Positions 11,147 to 20,800 of a DNA stretch of 64,000 bases are shown piece by piece. The notes below the pieces were generated by a model. That model had not been told where the DNA came from. It did not search any database and was given only the letters and a program-made list of their open reading frames with translations. Both the position numbers and the translations under genes were made by a program. How positions within the stretch are numbered: the first letter of the stretch is position 1; the number at the start of each line of letters is the position of its first letter. The DNA is from Isurus oxyrinchus (lineage: Eukaryota), in contig JANJGN010000385.1 in the NCBI GenBank assembly GCA_026770705.1, positions 1-64,000 on the forward strand, read 5' to 3'.

Positions 11147-13906
11147 TGTTGAAGTTTGCATTAACTCACATTCCACAGTGATGGTTATGAACCCCTCAAT
11201 TATATTGATCAATGAAGCATTAATCATATCAAGCGAAGTAAATGAGAGATTCTGTGGTGCATCTAAGAACAGTTAAAGATTTCATTGTGAACAAGACTCA
11301 GTACTGAGGGAGTGCTGCAGTGTTGGAGAATCAGTATTCAGGGACTGCTGCAGTGTCAGAGGTGAATTTGTATCAGTTAAAGACTATTGATTTGTTGCTA
11401 AACACAATGCAATTGTGGGATCTTGCAATGTACTAAGTAGAGCTTTCTAGCTAATGTAGAATGAAGGGTGTCCGTTCTTACCTTGCACAGTTAGTACGAG
11501 GGTCTGCTCTGCTGAAACAGATGGATATCTCACTCTGCAGCTGAGTGTGTGTCCATGGTGTTTGAGTGATGGGATCAGGGTCAGAACAGAAGTATAGGTC
11601 AGAGTGACACCATGCTGAGTTACAGTGTTTGAGACTGATCCACGTACGTCAGTGGGAATGTCCCAGGTTAAGACAGGTGCTGCTGTTCCATTGCACATTG
11701 TGTTGAAGGTGCAGCTTACATCCACACGCTTTCCTGCAATAATTTCAGCAGGGAATATCGTGGGTTTATCTGTGAAATCTAACAGACAGAGAATGGATCC
11801 TTTTAGACAAATATAACGTGAAGCATCAGTTCAACTAGAAACCACAGTCCCACAAGAGAAAGCACTTTAACAAGGATGATATCAGATCTGAGAGGTTACA
11901 ATGATCAGGAAAGATTTTCTTGCTCTTTGGCAGTAGTGTTTCTGTCTCTCAGCTTAATACACGTTCACTCCGAGACATGTGAATTGAGAACACTGGATGA
12001 GAGAAGAGGCTGAGACCAGAGATTGGAGTTAAAAGCAGAATACTGCGGATGCTGGAAATCTGAAACAAAAACAAAAATTGCTGGAAAGACTCAGCAGGTC
12101 TGACAGTATCAGTGGAGAGGAAGACAGGGTTAACGTTTCGAGTCTGTATGACTCTTCATCAGACCAGAGGTTTGAGTTCACTGGCTTCTCATTTCCTCAG
12201 TGATCTGGGTTATTTATCACCTTGTGGTTTGTTGGATCTTGCTGTGCACAAACTGCCTGCTGTGTTTTACATCTGTGACTACAATTCAGGAATAATTTCA
12301 TTGGCTGTGAAGGGATTTGGATCCTCCTGAGGTGGTAAATTGCGCTGCAGAAATGCACATCTTTCTTTTATCGATACGTCAGACTTTTAAACAGGACAGG
12401 AGAGATTGATGGGTGTGGATAACCTGATAATACAGTTAATGCTTTTCATCATTGATATTAAAGTGAGTATTGGAGGTTGCTTTAGGACTGAACTGGAAGC
12501 TATCACCAGGTTATTGAGAATCAGACAGTGTGTTATAATAAGCTTTGTTTTATTTTAATATGTGAACGTCACAGTTTGTGTTATTTCCCATTGAGAGTTG
12601 AATGTGAATTGTTGAGTAATTATAACACAGCACTTACCAGAAACATGAAGCTGGGTTACAGGGTAATAGTTATAGCTCGGACCATTGTCAAATTCTATTC
12701 TGAAAAAATAAGGTCCTGCATCTTCCCGTGTGATGTTGTTTATAATCAGGGAACAGTCGCCATCTTTCAGGTCTCCAGACAGCCGGGTCCGATGGCGGAA
12801 CCGTGGTAACTCGTGACTGTGATCCTTGGAGTGAAAGGCAATAGGAGCCCAGGGAATCTGTTTCTCATTATTAAACCAGACTCCACCTCGCGGTTGATTT
12901 TCCAAATGTGATGGATAACTGTAATGACATGGAATCTGTACACACGAACCTTCCTGCGCTGTCACCTCTCGTGGAGTGTCACCTTTCCACTCTTGTGACA
13001 GTCCAACTGGGGAGAGAAATATCAATATTTAACTCCGAATGGTTTGTAGATCCACTAGACTCGATATCCACCCCCTCCATCTCTGGAGCACAGTGGCTGC
13101 AGTGAGGACCATCTACAGGACACACATGGAACTCCCCAAGGTTTCATAATGGATGGAAGAGAATCCTGGACACAGGAGTGGACAAGTTCATTCTACATTG
13201 GCTCATGGTCCTCAGGACCCTGTTTAGTGAAGCCAGTCTTCCACCCAACGCAGTGTCTACAAGACACACAGGGAAACTGTGTAAATATCTCATCTCTCTA
13301 AACTGACTGCTTTGGCTTCGGTTTAACTTTCAGTTATTTTACTTCCTTATTGTGTTGCTATGGTGAAACTGTGCAGGAAGTGCGAGGGCTGGACTCTCTG
13401 TCTATTCTGACTGCAGCTGTGATGTAGTCGTGGTGGTTTTCAGTAAAATGAAACCCTCTGAGCTCCTCCATCGCCGAGGTTTAGGGAGTGAATTCCAGAG
13501 CTCAGGCCCCAGGCAGCTGAAGGCCCAGCCGCCAGTATTGGAGTGATGGGAATCGAGGGATGGTCAAGAGGCCGGAATTGGAGTAACACAGAGATCTGGG
13601 ACGTTGGTTGGGAGAGTTGCAGGAGGTTACAGAGATAAGGACGCAGTGTGAGGCAATGGATGCATTTGAACAAAGAGATGTGAATTTTAAGTTTGAGATG
13701 TTGTAGGACCAGGAGTCAGATAGTTTAGGGGTGATGGGTGAATGGGACTTGGTGTGAGTTTGTACACTGGCTCACTGTTGAATCGGTTCCCAATCACAGC
13801 TCCATAAGAATGTTCTTTTACAAAGACTATTCACCATAAATCTGTCCGAGCTGACGATGATATTACCTTGGAGAAGTGACAGGAGGAAGTAAGATTTCCC
13901 GATCAT
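3098..13906 (-). CDS. Gene 1: inhibitory-type Siglec-like receptor (spliced; about 622 aa with mini-exon and one tail cassette)
   Basis: Exons on minus strand: leader 13867-13906, V-set 12638-13006, C2 11482-11778, mini-exon 11170-11262, C2 10246-10527, C2 9304-9585, TM 8405-8501, then tail A (7600-7681, 6560-6637, 5990-6238) or tail B (4758-4839, 3610-3687, 3098-3346). All have AG/GT ends and compatible phases (1,1,1,1,1,1,2,0,0). Confidence 0.85.
3465..3618. repeat. Short 33-bp minisatellite (duplicate at about 6380-6568)
   Basis: Same unit, abutting cytoplasmic exon 2. Confidence 0.85.
3610..3687 (-). CDS. Cytoplasmic exon 2, cassette B
   Basis: Duplicate of 6560-6637, [26 protein letters not shown]. 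Confidence 0.5.
3742..4622. mobile_element. Solo-LTR-like element (copy in cassette B)
   Basis: TGTTATGA...TCATAACA termini, near-TSD cagag/gagag; duplicated at 6710-7464. Confidence 0.55.
4758..4839 (-). CDS. Cytoplasmic exon 1, cassette B
   Basis: Near-identical duplicate of 7600-7681 with intact splice sites. Confidence 0.7.
4970..5430 (+). mobile_element. LINE 3'-end fragment
   Basis: Reverse-complement homology to the LINE at about 830-1330; duplicated at about 7812-8280. Confidence 0.65.
5745..5789. repeat. (GA)n microsatellite
   Basis: Read directly. Confidence 0.9.
5990..6238 (-). CDS. Terminal cytoplasmic exon A (LLYSNP, TEYAQI motifs)
   Basis: ctctgtag|GGT AAA CAG...; open to stop; distal TxYxxI motif like the TEYSEI motif of CD33-related Siglecs. 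Confidence 0.8.
   Translation of the reverse strand, partial: GKQNVLITESQNTTRDTTSEGETPVPRGLSEGPVGGDAGHWHTDNPVALLYSNPQVLRISSGDGSVHREEETEYAQIRFEHN
6560..6637 (-). CDS. Cytoplasmic exon 2, cassette A
   Basis: 78 bp, phase 0-0, [26 protein letters not shown]; weak donor gtgcga. Confidence 0.55.
6710..7464. mobile_element. Solo-LTR-like element (copy in cassette A)
   Basis: TGTCATGA...TCATAACA; paralog of 3742-4622. Confidence 0.55.
7600..7681 (-). CDS. Cytoplasmic exon 1, cassette A
   Basis: ttgcag|G AGA AAG...CAG|gtacag; [27 protein letters not shown]; phase 2-0 matches the TM exon. Confidence 0.78.
7812..8280 (+). mobile_element. LINE 3'-end fragment
   Basis: [15 protein letters not shown]-terminal LINE-like peptide plus 3' UTR. 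Confidence 0.65.
8405..8501 (-). CDS. Gene 1 transmembrane exon (uncharged)
   Basis: tttttacag|...|gtaagt; encodes [33 protein letters not shown]; phase 1 in, phase 2 out. Confidence 0.88.
9304..9585 (-). CDS. Gene 1 C2-set Ig exon (copy c)
   Basis: 282 bp, near-identical to 10246-10527, canonical splice sites. Confidence 0.88.
10246..10527 (-). CDS. Gene 1 C2-set Ig exon (copy b)
   Basis: 282 bp, APRNLS...[15 protein letters not shown]...[14 protein letters not shown]; tag| and |gtgagt sites. Confidence 0.88.
10960..11145. repeat. (GT)n-rich microsatellite (paralog at about 10015-10220)
   Basis: Read directly. Confidence 0.9.
11170..11262 (-). CDS. Gene 1 internally deleted Ig mini-exon (31 codons)
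   Basis: Copy of the 282-bp C2 exon lacking 189 bp between two GAGGGG repeats; splice sites intact, frame kept. Confidence 0.55.
11482..11778 (-). CDS. Gene 1 first C2-set Ig exon
   Basis: 297 bp, DFTDKPTIF...[19 protein letters not shown]...LSCRV; carries the extra Cys typical of Siglec domain 2. Confidence 0.9.
12128..12165 (-). ncRNA. Minimal hammerhead-ribozyme-like motif in a Penelope-like fragment (gene 1 intron, sense)
   Basis: GGT-CTGATGA-A-GAGTC(ATACA)GACTC-GAAA-CGTT-A-ACC. Confidence 0.45.
12638..13006 (-). CDS. Gene 1 Siglec-type V-set Ig exon
   Basis: 369 bp, cag|...|gtaagt. Motifs [18 protein letters not shown] and [11 protein letters not shown] give the Siglec B-E disulfide pattern, no F-strand Cys, and the essential Arg. 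Confidence 0.93.
13867..13906 (-). CDS. Gene 1 signal-peptide exon [13 protein letters not shown]
   Basis: ATG plus 13 codons plus phase-1 donor CAAG|gtaata; joins the V exon as ...LLQ-VGLSQEW. Homologous exon recurs at four other places in the window. Confidence 0.85.
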
Positions 13907-14477
13907 TGTCCACTCCCAGATATTTCCTCAGCATCTAACTCTGAAGTTCTGAAAGAGAAAGGAGTTAATGAGACCTCACCTCTTGTCCAACAGCTCTCGA
14001 GAGATCAGAACTGCTTTTAGACAATGTCTTCACAGAATAGTTTGATTCTCTGTGGGATGATAGGTGCTCTGCAGAGAGTTACAAGGCTTTAAGAAGGTAA
14101 AACAATGAAGGATTTGCATTTCCATAGCACCTTTCACCACCTCAGGATGTCCCAAAGCTCATGTCTCTGCAATTCCCTCATCCCTTGAGCTAGAAAGATG
14201 TTCTGTACAACAGACTTGAGCCTCACACCCAGATCTCAATAATCAGTAGAAATCTTTCAAAGGCATCAATCATTGGAATCTGTCTTTATAAAGTCACAAC
14301 ATCATCAAAGGACGGTGTTGGTGGTGGAAGTGAATTCCAATCGTTCCGTTACTTACCCAGGACCTGTCCGACTGCTCGCCTGGGGAGGAACTGCCCACAC
14401 GCTCTGCTTGGGCTGAATGACCTCTTCCTGTGCTGCTCCCTCTGTGTGTTTAATTAGAAAGGGTGGATGTGTCACTG

Positions 14478-14497
14478 TGAGTCAAAATGAGGAAGTG
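14478..14497 (-). promoter_or_regulatory. AP-1 (TGAGTCA) plus PU.1/ETS (AAAATGAGGAAGTG) site upstream of gene 1
   Basis: Motif read directly; lies just upstream of a putative non-coding first exon ending CCTGG|gtaagt. Confidence 0.55.
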
Positions 14498-14714
14498 GGT
14501 AATGAGTGAGAAGTTCGAGGATGTTTTGTGCTCTCAGCAAAACGTTTACCATGTGTGATCTGTCAGCTCATATTTGGGCAGCTGTAGTCATCAAGCTTCT
14601 CCATTGGCTCCGTGGGATTAGACCCCTCCCCCTCATCTCAGAGGCTGAAGCGCAGGCGATAGAATTCCCAATACAGGTCTCTGGCCGTATGATACATGTT
14701 GACAATCCCTGATA

Positions 14715-16370
14715 TCATTACTGAAGGAGTGCTGCACTGTCAGGGGTATAGTACTGAGGGAGCGCTGCACTGTGTGAGGGTCAGTACTGAGTGAGTGCTG
14801 CACTATCAGAAGGTCAGTAATGTGGGATTGCTGCACTGTCAGAGGGCCAGTAGTGAAGGATTGCTGCAATGTCGGAGGGTCAGTACTGAGGGAGTGCTGC
14901 ACTGTCAGAGGGACAGTAATGTGGGAGTGCTGCACTGTCAGAGTGTCAGTAATGTGGGAGTGCTGCATTGTCAGAGGGTCAGTAATGTGGGAGTTCTGCA
15001 CTGGAAGAGGGTCATTAATAAGGGAGTACTTCACTATCAGGAGTATAGTACTGAGGGAGTGCTGCACTGTGGGAGGGTCAGTACTGAGCGAGTGCTGCAC
15101 TGTTAGTGGGGTCAGTACTGAGGGTCTGCTGCACTATCAGAGGGTCAGTAATGTGAGAGTGCTGCACTGTCAGAGGGCCAGTAGTGAAGGAATGCTGCAA
15201 TGTCGGAGGATCAGTACTGAGGGAGTGCTGCACTGTCAGAGGGACAGTAATGTGGGAGTGCTGCACTGTCAGAGGGTCAGTAATGTGGGAGTGCTGCACT
15301 GTCAGAGGGACAGTAATGTGGGAGTGCTGCACTGGAAGAGGGTCCTTAATGAGGGAGTGCTGCACTGTCAGAGGATCAGTAATGAGGGAGTGCTGAACTG
15401 TCAGCGGGTCTGTACTGAGTGAGATTTGCACAGTCGGAGGGTCAGTATTGAGGGGGTGCCGGACTGTGGGAGGGTTAGTACTGAGGTAGAGAGGAGTGTG
15501 AGAAGATATCCTTTCATGGCAAAGTTTAACTGGAATTTATTTAAACAGAGATTCTAGTACTGTGTGTTATTGCTAAAGAAAGGATATGAGGAACTAAGTC
15601 TTGTTCCCCTCAGCCTAAAAATAATTTTCACCGATTTCAATGATTTAGCATTGAAACCTCCCTCTTTGGGCACCAGTCTTGATTTAAACAACTCGCACAG
15701 CACTGTGGGAGGGTGAGTACTGAGAGTGTGCTGCACTGTGGGAGGGTGAGTACTGAGGGAGTGCTGCACTGTGGGAGGGTGAGTACTGAGGGAGTGCTGC
15801 ACTTTGGGAGAGTGAGTACTGATGGAGTGCTGCACTGTGGGAGGGTGAGTACTGAGGGTGTGCTGCACTGTGGGACGGTGAGTACTGAGGGAGTGCTGCA
15901 CTGTGGGAGGGTGAGTACTGAGGGAGTACTGCTCTGTGGGAGTGAGAGTACTGAGGGATTGCTGCACTGTGGGAGGGTGAGTACTGAGGGAGTACTGCAC
16001 TGTGGGAGGGAGAGTACTGAGGGAGTGCTGCATTGTGGGGGGGAGAATCCTGAGGGACAGCTGCATAGTGGGAGTTTGAATACTGATGGAATGCTGCCCT
16101 GTCAGAGGGTCTGTACCTAGGGAGTGCTGAACTGTTGGAAAGTCATTAGTGATGGAGGGGTACAGTATCAGAGGGTCAGTGTTCAGGGATTGTTGCACTG
16201 TCAGAGTGTCAGCCATGAGGGAGTGCTGCACGGTCAGAAGGTCAATGATGACGGGGTGCTGCACTTGAAAAGGGTCAATAATGAGGTAGTGCAGCACTGT
16301 CAGAGGGACAGTAATGAGGGAGCGCTGCACTGACGGAGGGTCAGCACTGAGGAAACGCTGCACTGTCAGT
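14715..16370. repeat. 33-bp minisatellite arrays with a ~210-bp unique spacer
   Basis: Unit approximately GTACTGAGGGAGTGCTGCACTGTCAGAGGGTCA; 11-aa periodic ORFs in several frames. Confidence 0.92.
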
Positions 16371-17084
16371 TCTGAGTGTGGTGTGCACTGTCCTAAGTGC
16401 ATTCTAGGCACTGCCCAAGATTCCGCCTGATGTCTGTGTAACAACAACATCATGTACACATCGAGAATATTTCTCACTGTGTCTGTGCAGCAGGACAGTT
16501 TTGGAATGGCACCACCACTGGCAGGAGTGTGAAACTACAATGTGACATGTTTACATGGGAAATTTCTATTATAAGGATGGGCACAGGAATTTATATAATA
16601 GAGAAAATGTGACAACAAGAAGCTTTTCTTTGAGGCAAGAATCTGGCAGCAAAATAAGAATTTTAATCCATAAGTATCTACAGAACAGGCTGAGCATTTT
16701 AATCACTTGTGTTAATCAATGTAATTTTATTCATAACCCAAATGCTTCTTACAATCTATCGCAGCATGAAAAAGGTGCAGCATTCAGAAAGCACATTCCA
16801 ATCAGAGAACAGAGTTTAGCAACGTCACATTTCTGTTCATTCCTATTCAACCATGTTGGCTGCACACAGCCAGACAATGCCGTGGTTATGATGTGTCCAC
16901 ACAGCAGGACTGGGGAGCACCAGGTATAAGGAAAAGTTTCAGCTTGCTGAGGAGAAGAAGGAGAATCTCTCGTTGCAGGTTTCTCTCCGTACATTAAGAA
17001 GCAGGCATGTCGATGTTTTATTGCACTCTGTCTGCTGATGGGAGTCCGCTTGGAAATTGCTGTTTGTGCTGATGGAAAGAATAA

Positions 17085-17690
17085 GCTTTTCATAAATGGA
17101 GGGATTGAGTACAAACACAGGGAGGTTATGCTGAACATTTATAAAGCTCTGGTTAGGTCACAACTAGAGTATTGTGTCCAGTTCTGGTCTCCTCACTTTG
17201 GGAAGGAAGTGAGGGTCCTTGAGAGGGTGGGGAGGAGATTGAGCAGAATGGGTCCAGGGATGAGGGATTTTAGCTACAAGGTTGGGTTGGAGAAGCTGGG
17301 GTTGTTCTCCTTGGAGCAAAGGAGATTGAGGGGGGATCTGATCGAGGTGTACAAGATGATGATGGGTTTAGATCAGGCAGACAAAGAGAAGCTGTTGCCA
17401 TTAGCTGATGGTACAAGGACTGGGGGACACAGATTGAAGGTTTTGGGCAGAGGGGGGATGTGAGGAGGAACTTTTTTACACAGTGAGTGGTAATGAGCTG
17501 GAACTCGCTGCCTACTAGGATGGTGGAAGCGGAGACGATGAACGATTTCAAACGGAAATTGGACGGACACTTGAGGGGAAATAAACTTGCAGGGATACGG
17601 GGATAGAGCGGGGGAATGGGACTGACTGTATTGCTCTACAGAGAGACAGCATGGAGTCGATGGGCTGAATGCCGTCCTTCTGTTCCATAA
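17085..17690 (+). mobile_element. CR1 LINE 3' fragment
   Basis: LYKALVR-like/LEYCVQFWSPH...LFSLEQRRLRGDLIEVYK; copies at about 37833-38440 (+) and 59350-59945 (-). Confidence 0.85.
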
Positions 17691-17713
17691 TGAGATTGTT
17701 GCTGCACAAAGCT

Positions 17714-17853
17714 TCAAACAGTCTGTCGACTTCCTTTCACTGTTTTTCTCTCCCAGACACAGACTCCAGCGATAGTGATAACCACAGCCACAAGGAATAT
17801 CACAGCTCGTATTCCCAGGATCAGGATCACGTGCAGAATCTCTTCTCCACTGT
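17714..17853 (-). CDS. Activating-type TM/short-tail exon (gene 2)
   Basis: ttctctag|AC AGT...TGA; DSGEEILHVILILGIRAVIFLVAVVITIAGVCVWERKTVKGSRQTV*; Arg in the membrane segment, no Tyr in the tail. Confidence 0.85.
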
Positions 17854-20800
17854 CTAGAGAACACACAGAAAGAAATCATCTCCGCTTTCAATCTCTCACT
17901 CTGGCTGAACAATCAAGCTTCATATCACTGCAACATTTGCTGTATTATTGACCCATCCACTGGGATTCAATGTGGAATGAATGTTTTCATTGTAAACACT
18001 CTAAGAGTGGACAATCGGAACTTTCCCCTTAGCGTGGAACATTGGTGAGAATGGATCATTGTGCTGTTGGACTCCCTGTCCAATTTTTCTCTCCATCGCT
18101 GTGTACAGGATTGTGTTGTAGAAAATTCTGGAAACGTTTAGTGCAGGGTGGAAATCCATCTCGGACGCGTGTGCGAATCGGGCAGGATCGAGATGGCCTC
18201 CCCAACAGACTTACACCCCCCGCTTAATAAACAGTTCCAATCTTTACCCAGAGAGAGGGGAGAATGTGGAACTCGCTCCCACAGGGAGTGGTCGAGGTGA
18301 ATAGTAGCAAATTAGGAAGGGAAATTGCTTGAAAAGCTTGGGGATGCAAGGGTTAAGTGTGACCGTGCCACCACTGGTGGGAGAGTGTAACTACAGCGTG
18401 ACGTTTACATAGGCAATCCCCATTATGAACATGGACATCATGTGAAAAATGGGCACTGGAAAGCTGAGAACATGATCTAAGCTTTTCAACAACAGGAATT
18501 CCCTTCCTAAACCTCTCCACCTCTCTCTTACTCTCAGATACTCAAACAAAATTTCACACAAAATCATGTAAGAGGAGTTAGGACAGGTGACTCGTCAAAG
18601 GATTAGGTTTCAGGAAACTTCTTAAAGGAGGATAGAGAGTTGGAGAGGCAGAGTGTATCTGTGAGTATCTCTGTGCATCTGAGTATCTCTGTGCATCTGA
18701 GTGTCTGTAATAGACCTTGCAATTTCCATATTCTTCCATAAATATGAAAGGGAACACAAAACCCAGAATCGAGGTCAATAGTCCGGTGCAGCACTGAGGG
18801 AGGTCAGGTAACCCACAGGGCAGTATGTGATAGGGTGTTTGTTTGTGAGTGTGTCTTTGTGTGTACTCATACATGTGGGATTGTGTGTCTGCAGGTGTCT
18901 GCTTAGGTCTGTATATTTGTGTGTATTTGTGTAGTGTTTGAACCTGAGAGTGATGTTGAAGTCTGTGTAACTCACGTTCCACAGTGATGGTTATGGACAC
19001 CTCCACTGCTCCATGTTCATTCTCTGCCACACACTGATAGTCTCCAGTGTCCCTGGATGTAACGTGAGGAATCACCAACCACAGCTCGTTGTTGGAACTT
19101 GTTCTGTTCATTGTGACATTGAGATGTCAGGGCAGGACTCAACAAGACAGCTCGCAGGTTTACCAACAGAAAATGAACAACAATTTATATTTAAAGGGAA
19201 GAGAGTGCTGATTGGTTGGCAAGTGGTCTCTGATTAGAGGAGGTGTTGCCATGGAAAATAACGTGTGCAAGCTGTAAAGTTTAGACAGCTTGTCACTTCA
19301 TTCAGCAATAATCAATTAAAGATCAGTTAACTTCTATCGACTGTGAAGCACTTTGAGTGGCCTGAGAATATGGATACTGAGAATGGGCTGCACTGTCAGA
19401 GGGTCAGCGCTGAGGGAGTGCTGATGTAGAATGAAGGGTGTCCGTACTTACCTTGCACAGTTAGTACGAGGGTCCGCTCCGATGAAACAGATGGATATCT
19501 CACTCTGCAGCTGAGATTGTGTCCGTGGTGTTTGAGTGATGGGATCAGGGTCAGAACAGAAGTATAGGTCAGAGTGACACCATGCTGAGTTACAGTGTTT
19601 GAGACTGATCCAGGTACGTCAGTGGGAGTGTCCCAGGTTAAGACAGGTGCTGCTGTTCCATTGCACGTTGTGTTGAAGGTGCAGCTTACATCCACACGCT
19701 TTCCTGCAATAATTTCAGCAGGGAATATCGTGGGTTTATCTGTGAAATCTAACAGACAGAGAATGGATCCTTTTAGAGAAATATAACGTGAAGCATCAGT
19801 TCAAATAGAAATCACAGTCCCACAAAAGAAAGCACTTTTACAAGGATGATATCAGATCTGAGAGGTTACAACGATCAGGAGAGAATTTCCTGCTTTGAGA
19901 CTTTGGTGTTTCTGTCTCTCAGCTTAATATACGTTCACTCCGAGAAACTTGAACTGATAATAGTGGGTGAGGGTGGAGGAGCAGACCAGAGTTTGGAGTG
20001 CACTACCCCATCATTCACTCAGCGATCTGGGCCATTTGTTACCTGTCAATTGTGGGAGCTTGCTGTGCGCAAATTGGTTGTTGTGTTTCCCACATTACAA
20101 CAGTAACTACAATTCAGGAATCAGCTCATTGGCTGTGAAATGATTTGGTCTGTGCTGAGGTGGTGAAAGGTGCTACAGAAATGTGAATCATTCTTCTGTC
20201 GATATGTCAGACTTCGAGACAGGATTAGAGAGATTGATGGGAGTGGATAACCTGATAACATTGATGGACACAGTCAATACATTTAATCATTGATATTAAA
20301 CGTGATTATTAGAGTTTGCTTTTGGACTGAACTGGAAGCTATCACCAGGTTACCAGGTTGCATGTTAACTCAAAATTAAGAATCTAAATGGTCTAGAGGA
20401 GCATAGAACAATAGATTATATTTATATAGTGCCTATATTGTAATATAACATGCCAAGGTGCTCCACAGGAGCATTATAATAGAAAGTATGGTCCCACGCC
20501 ATATAAGGAGATATTAGGTCAGATAATCAGAACTTTGGTTGAAGAGGTGGGTTTTAAGGAGCACCTTAAAGGAGGAGATAGAAAGATGAAAGGATTTAAG
20601 TCTCAGGACCCAGGCTACTGAAGGCTTGGCCGTCCATGCTGGAGCGATGGAAATCAGGGATGCTGAAGAGTCCAGAGGTAGAGGAGTGCAGAAATCTGGG
20701 AAGGCTGTCGCACAGGAGGAGATTACAGAGATAGGGAGGAAGCAAGGACGAGCATTTTGAAATCAAGACATTGCTTGTCCAGGAGCCATTCAAGGTCAGA

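Noticed and set aside
12638-13006. V exons as rearranging Ig, TCR or IgNAR segments; many CACAGTG heptamers in the window
   Set aside because: V exons end in splice donors, include the G strand and lack the F-strand Cys. The heptamers come from the minisatellite or C2 exon ends, and I saw no matching nonamers.
14633-16477. Long ORFs (up to 307 aa) with [10 protein letters not shown] or VLHCQRVSTEG periodicity, also at 35546-37282, 47235-47970 and 60554-62496
   Set aside because: Translations of a 33-bp (multiple of 3) minisatellite, open in several frames on both strands; not genes.
16749-17138. 129-aa ORF open in three copies (also 37497-37886 and 59893-60282) as a cytoplasmic tail of the activating genes
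   Set aside because: It lies after the TM-exon stop codon, starts in antisense CR1 and runs into 3' UTR-like sequence; recent duplication explains the conservation. No convincing donor precedes the stop.
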